32,000 nt of DNA from contig NZ_CP064924.1 in the NCBI RefSeq assembly GCF_018336915.1, positions 210,001 to 242,000 of the forward strand, read 5' to 3'. Positions 30,834-32,000 of the stretch are shown piece after piece. This DNA comes from Acaryochloris marina S15 (GTDB taxonomy: Bacteria > Cyanobacteriota > Cyanobacteriia > Thermosynechococcales > Thermosynechococcaceae). The first letter of the stretch is position 1. The number at the start of each line of letters is the position of its first letter. A model generated the notes under the pieces. It was not told the origin of the DNA and did no database searches. It saw only the letters and a program-made list of their open reading frames with translations. The translations under genes and the position numbers were made by a program.

Positions 30834-32000
30834 ACTGTTCCTCTGTGATGGTGGATGGGCAGAGGCCCGCTCGGTGGGCGCGGGCGAGGAGGTCACCGTG
30901 GATGCGGTAGCCTGTAATCGGGTCATGGGGATAATGCTCTAAGATGCGGTCCCTCAATTCCACTTCTTTTTTGTCCGTGGCGACGAGGCCCATCAACATG
31001 CTGGAGGGGTTAAAGCTGACCTCCACATGCTGGTTGTCTCGTTTCCAATACCAGTAGCTCTCTTGCCGGGTATGGGAAATCCCTTTACCCACATATTTCT
31101 CTAAAATCTCTCGCCTAAATCCCAAATCGTTGCACAGGCGGTTAATGGAGATATCCTGCAATCCCCCACAAAAGATGTTTTGCAGGTTGGTGAAGATTTC
31201 ATTGCCGGCGACGGACTGATAGATGGTTTCCACTTCTGTGGCGGCAACAATATAGTTGCAGGCCCACTTGCGGCCCTCAGACGGCACTCGACCGGACAGC
31301 CGCGCATAGGAGGCAAATTTATAGATGCGGGTGCCTTCGTCGGTAATCAGAGCAGACCCTAATGTACTCATGGCCTTGCGGAGCAGCAGGTTAAAGCCCA
31401 CCATTGAGTAGATCAAGGAGTCAATGGAGTCGCTGACGTTGGTCATGGCGAGAACGAGGCATTGGACGTTGCTATCAAAGCTGGAGATGCCGTTGATGGA
31501 ACGACCTAGGGCTTTGGACAGGACGCCTTTAAGCTGGGTACGAATTAGGCCAATGGTATTTTTCTCCAGGTCGGAGATGTCCTCACGCATCACTTCTTGG
31601 ATAAACCAGTTCTCAGCAAAGCCGACGAATTCTTCATAGATGGGCATCTGCTGAGATTCAGGGGTGCCAAAGGCGGCTTCACTAGCGACCTGATAGCGGT
31701 GCTGAATCTCAGGGATGTGATGAAAGGCTTCATAGCAACGGGAGAGGAAGGAGCTGACCATTAACTCTGTGGTCGGATCATCCGTCGTGCCCATGACCAG
31801 CGCTTGCAGGATGGCGAGATGGTTGTTGAAGGCCGATTCAAACAGGTCTGCCCTCGTGGCGAGGGTGGATTTATAGCCCGGTTCACCGGGTTTGGGCAAG
31901 GCATCCACCCATCGCATATCGGGCAATTCTAGGATGTTGATGACATGCTCTTTGACGTTGTGGTAGGCCGCACTCACGCCAATCCGATTAAAGGTGTTGA
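30769..32000 (-). CDS. large conjugation/T4SS protein in the VirB4/TrbE position; N-terminal part lies beyond the right edge
   Basis: The frame stays open to position 32000; the GTG at 31977 is only the track start. GRKWACNYIVAATEVETI resembles the VirB4 RKxNxxxxxATQ block. Gene order supports the call, but no canonical Walker motifs are visible. Confidence 0.35.
   Translation of the reverse strand, partial: NTFNRIGVSAAYHNVKEHVINILELPDMRWVDALPKPGEPGYKSTLATRADLFESAFNNHLAILQALVMGTTDDPTTELMVSSFLSRCYEAFHHIPEIQHRYQVASEAAFGTPESQQMPIYEEFVGFAENWFIQEVMREDISDLEKNTIGLIRTQLKGVLSKALGRSINGISSFDSNVQCLVLAMTNVSDSIDSLIYSMVGFNLLLRKAMSTLGSALITDEGTRIYKFASYARLSGRVPSEGRKWACNYIVAATEVETIYQSVAGNEIFTNLQNIFCGGLQDISINRLCNDLGFRREILEKYVGKGISHTRQESYWYWKRDNQHVEVSFNPSSMLMGLVATDKKEVELRDRILEHYPHDPITGYRIHGDLLARAHRAGLCPSTITEEQYVPLPPASEEAPADRDSVGIR

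Noticed and set aside
1-32000. I searched for rRNA genes, tRNA genes, transposases, IS elements and integrases.
   Set aside because: I saw no cloverleaf-compatible segments, rRNA-like conserved blocks, DDE or tyrosine-recombinase-like ORFs, or terminal inverted repeats. The NACHT-flanking repeats are direct and not associated with a recombinase in this window.

Overview
The window looks like a segment of a cyanobacterial plasmid. Four HIP1 octamers (GCGATCGC) are present, and there is a CyRepA1-like giant Rep gene. Reading left to right, I see five blocks.
(1) 1-5400: a minus-strand accessory block. It holds a long-form phosphatidylserine-decarboxylase-family enzyme cut by the left edge, a zinc-ribbon protein, a hypothetical protein, an ankyrin-repeat protein, an SDR oxidoreductase, a DUF3768-like protein and a small hypothetical.
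(2) 5570-9971: a replication module. It consists of a very AT-rich control region, a small XRE-type HTH gene, a 500-bp leader and a 1167-aa Toprim/P-loop Rep.
(3) 10193-18802: a tightly coupled five-gene type I R-M operon, hsdM / YhcG-like PD-(D/E)XK nuclease / hsdS / hsdR / M48-YgjP peptidase. It has a striking internal switch in codon usage.
(4) 18803-23493: an AT-rich island, a Gly-rich membrane protein, a small secreted protein and a 1109-aa secreted triple peptidoglycan hydrolase (VanY/M15 + SLT-like + M23).
(5) 26069-32000: a minus-strand, translationally coupled operon resembling a type IV secretion or conjugation system. The assignments rest on protein architecture and gene order only.
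The most unusual locus sits between blocks 4 and 5. A plus-strand NACHT/STAND NTPase (23770-25995) carries, where the sensor repeats would normally be, 42 tandem 12-nt units encoding G-L-[SI]-[VFG]. These are GxxxG glycine-zipper repeats arranged in three arrays. The gene is bracketed by ~83-bp direct repeats, each containing a terminator hairpin and part of a 36-codon micro-ORF.
A second notable item lies inside rep (7633-7920). There the +1 frame reads like a real protein, while the frame that keeps rep intact reads as arginine-rich low-complexity sequence.
I found no rRNA, tRNA or CRISPR.
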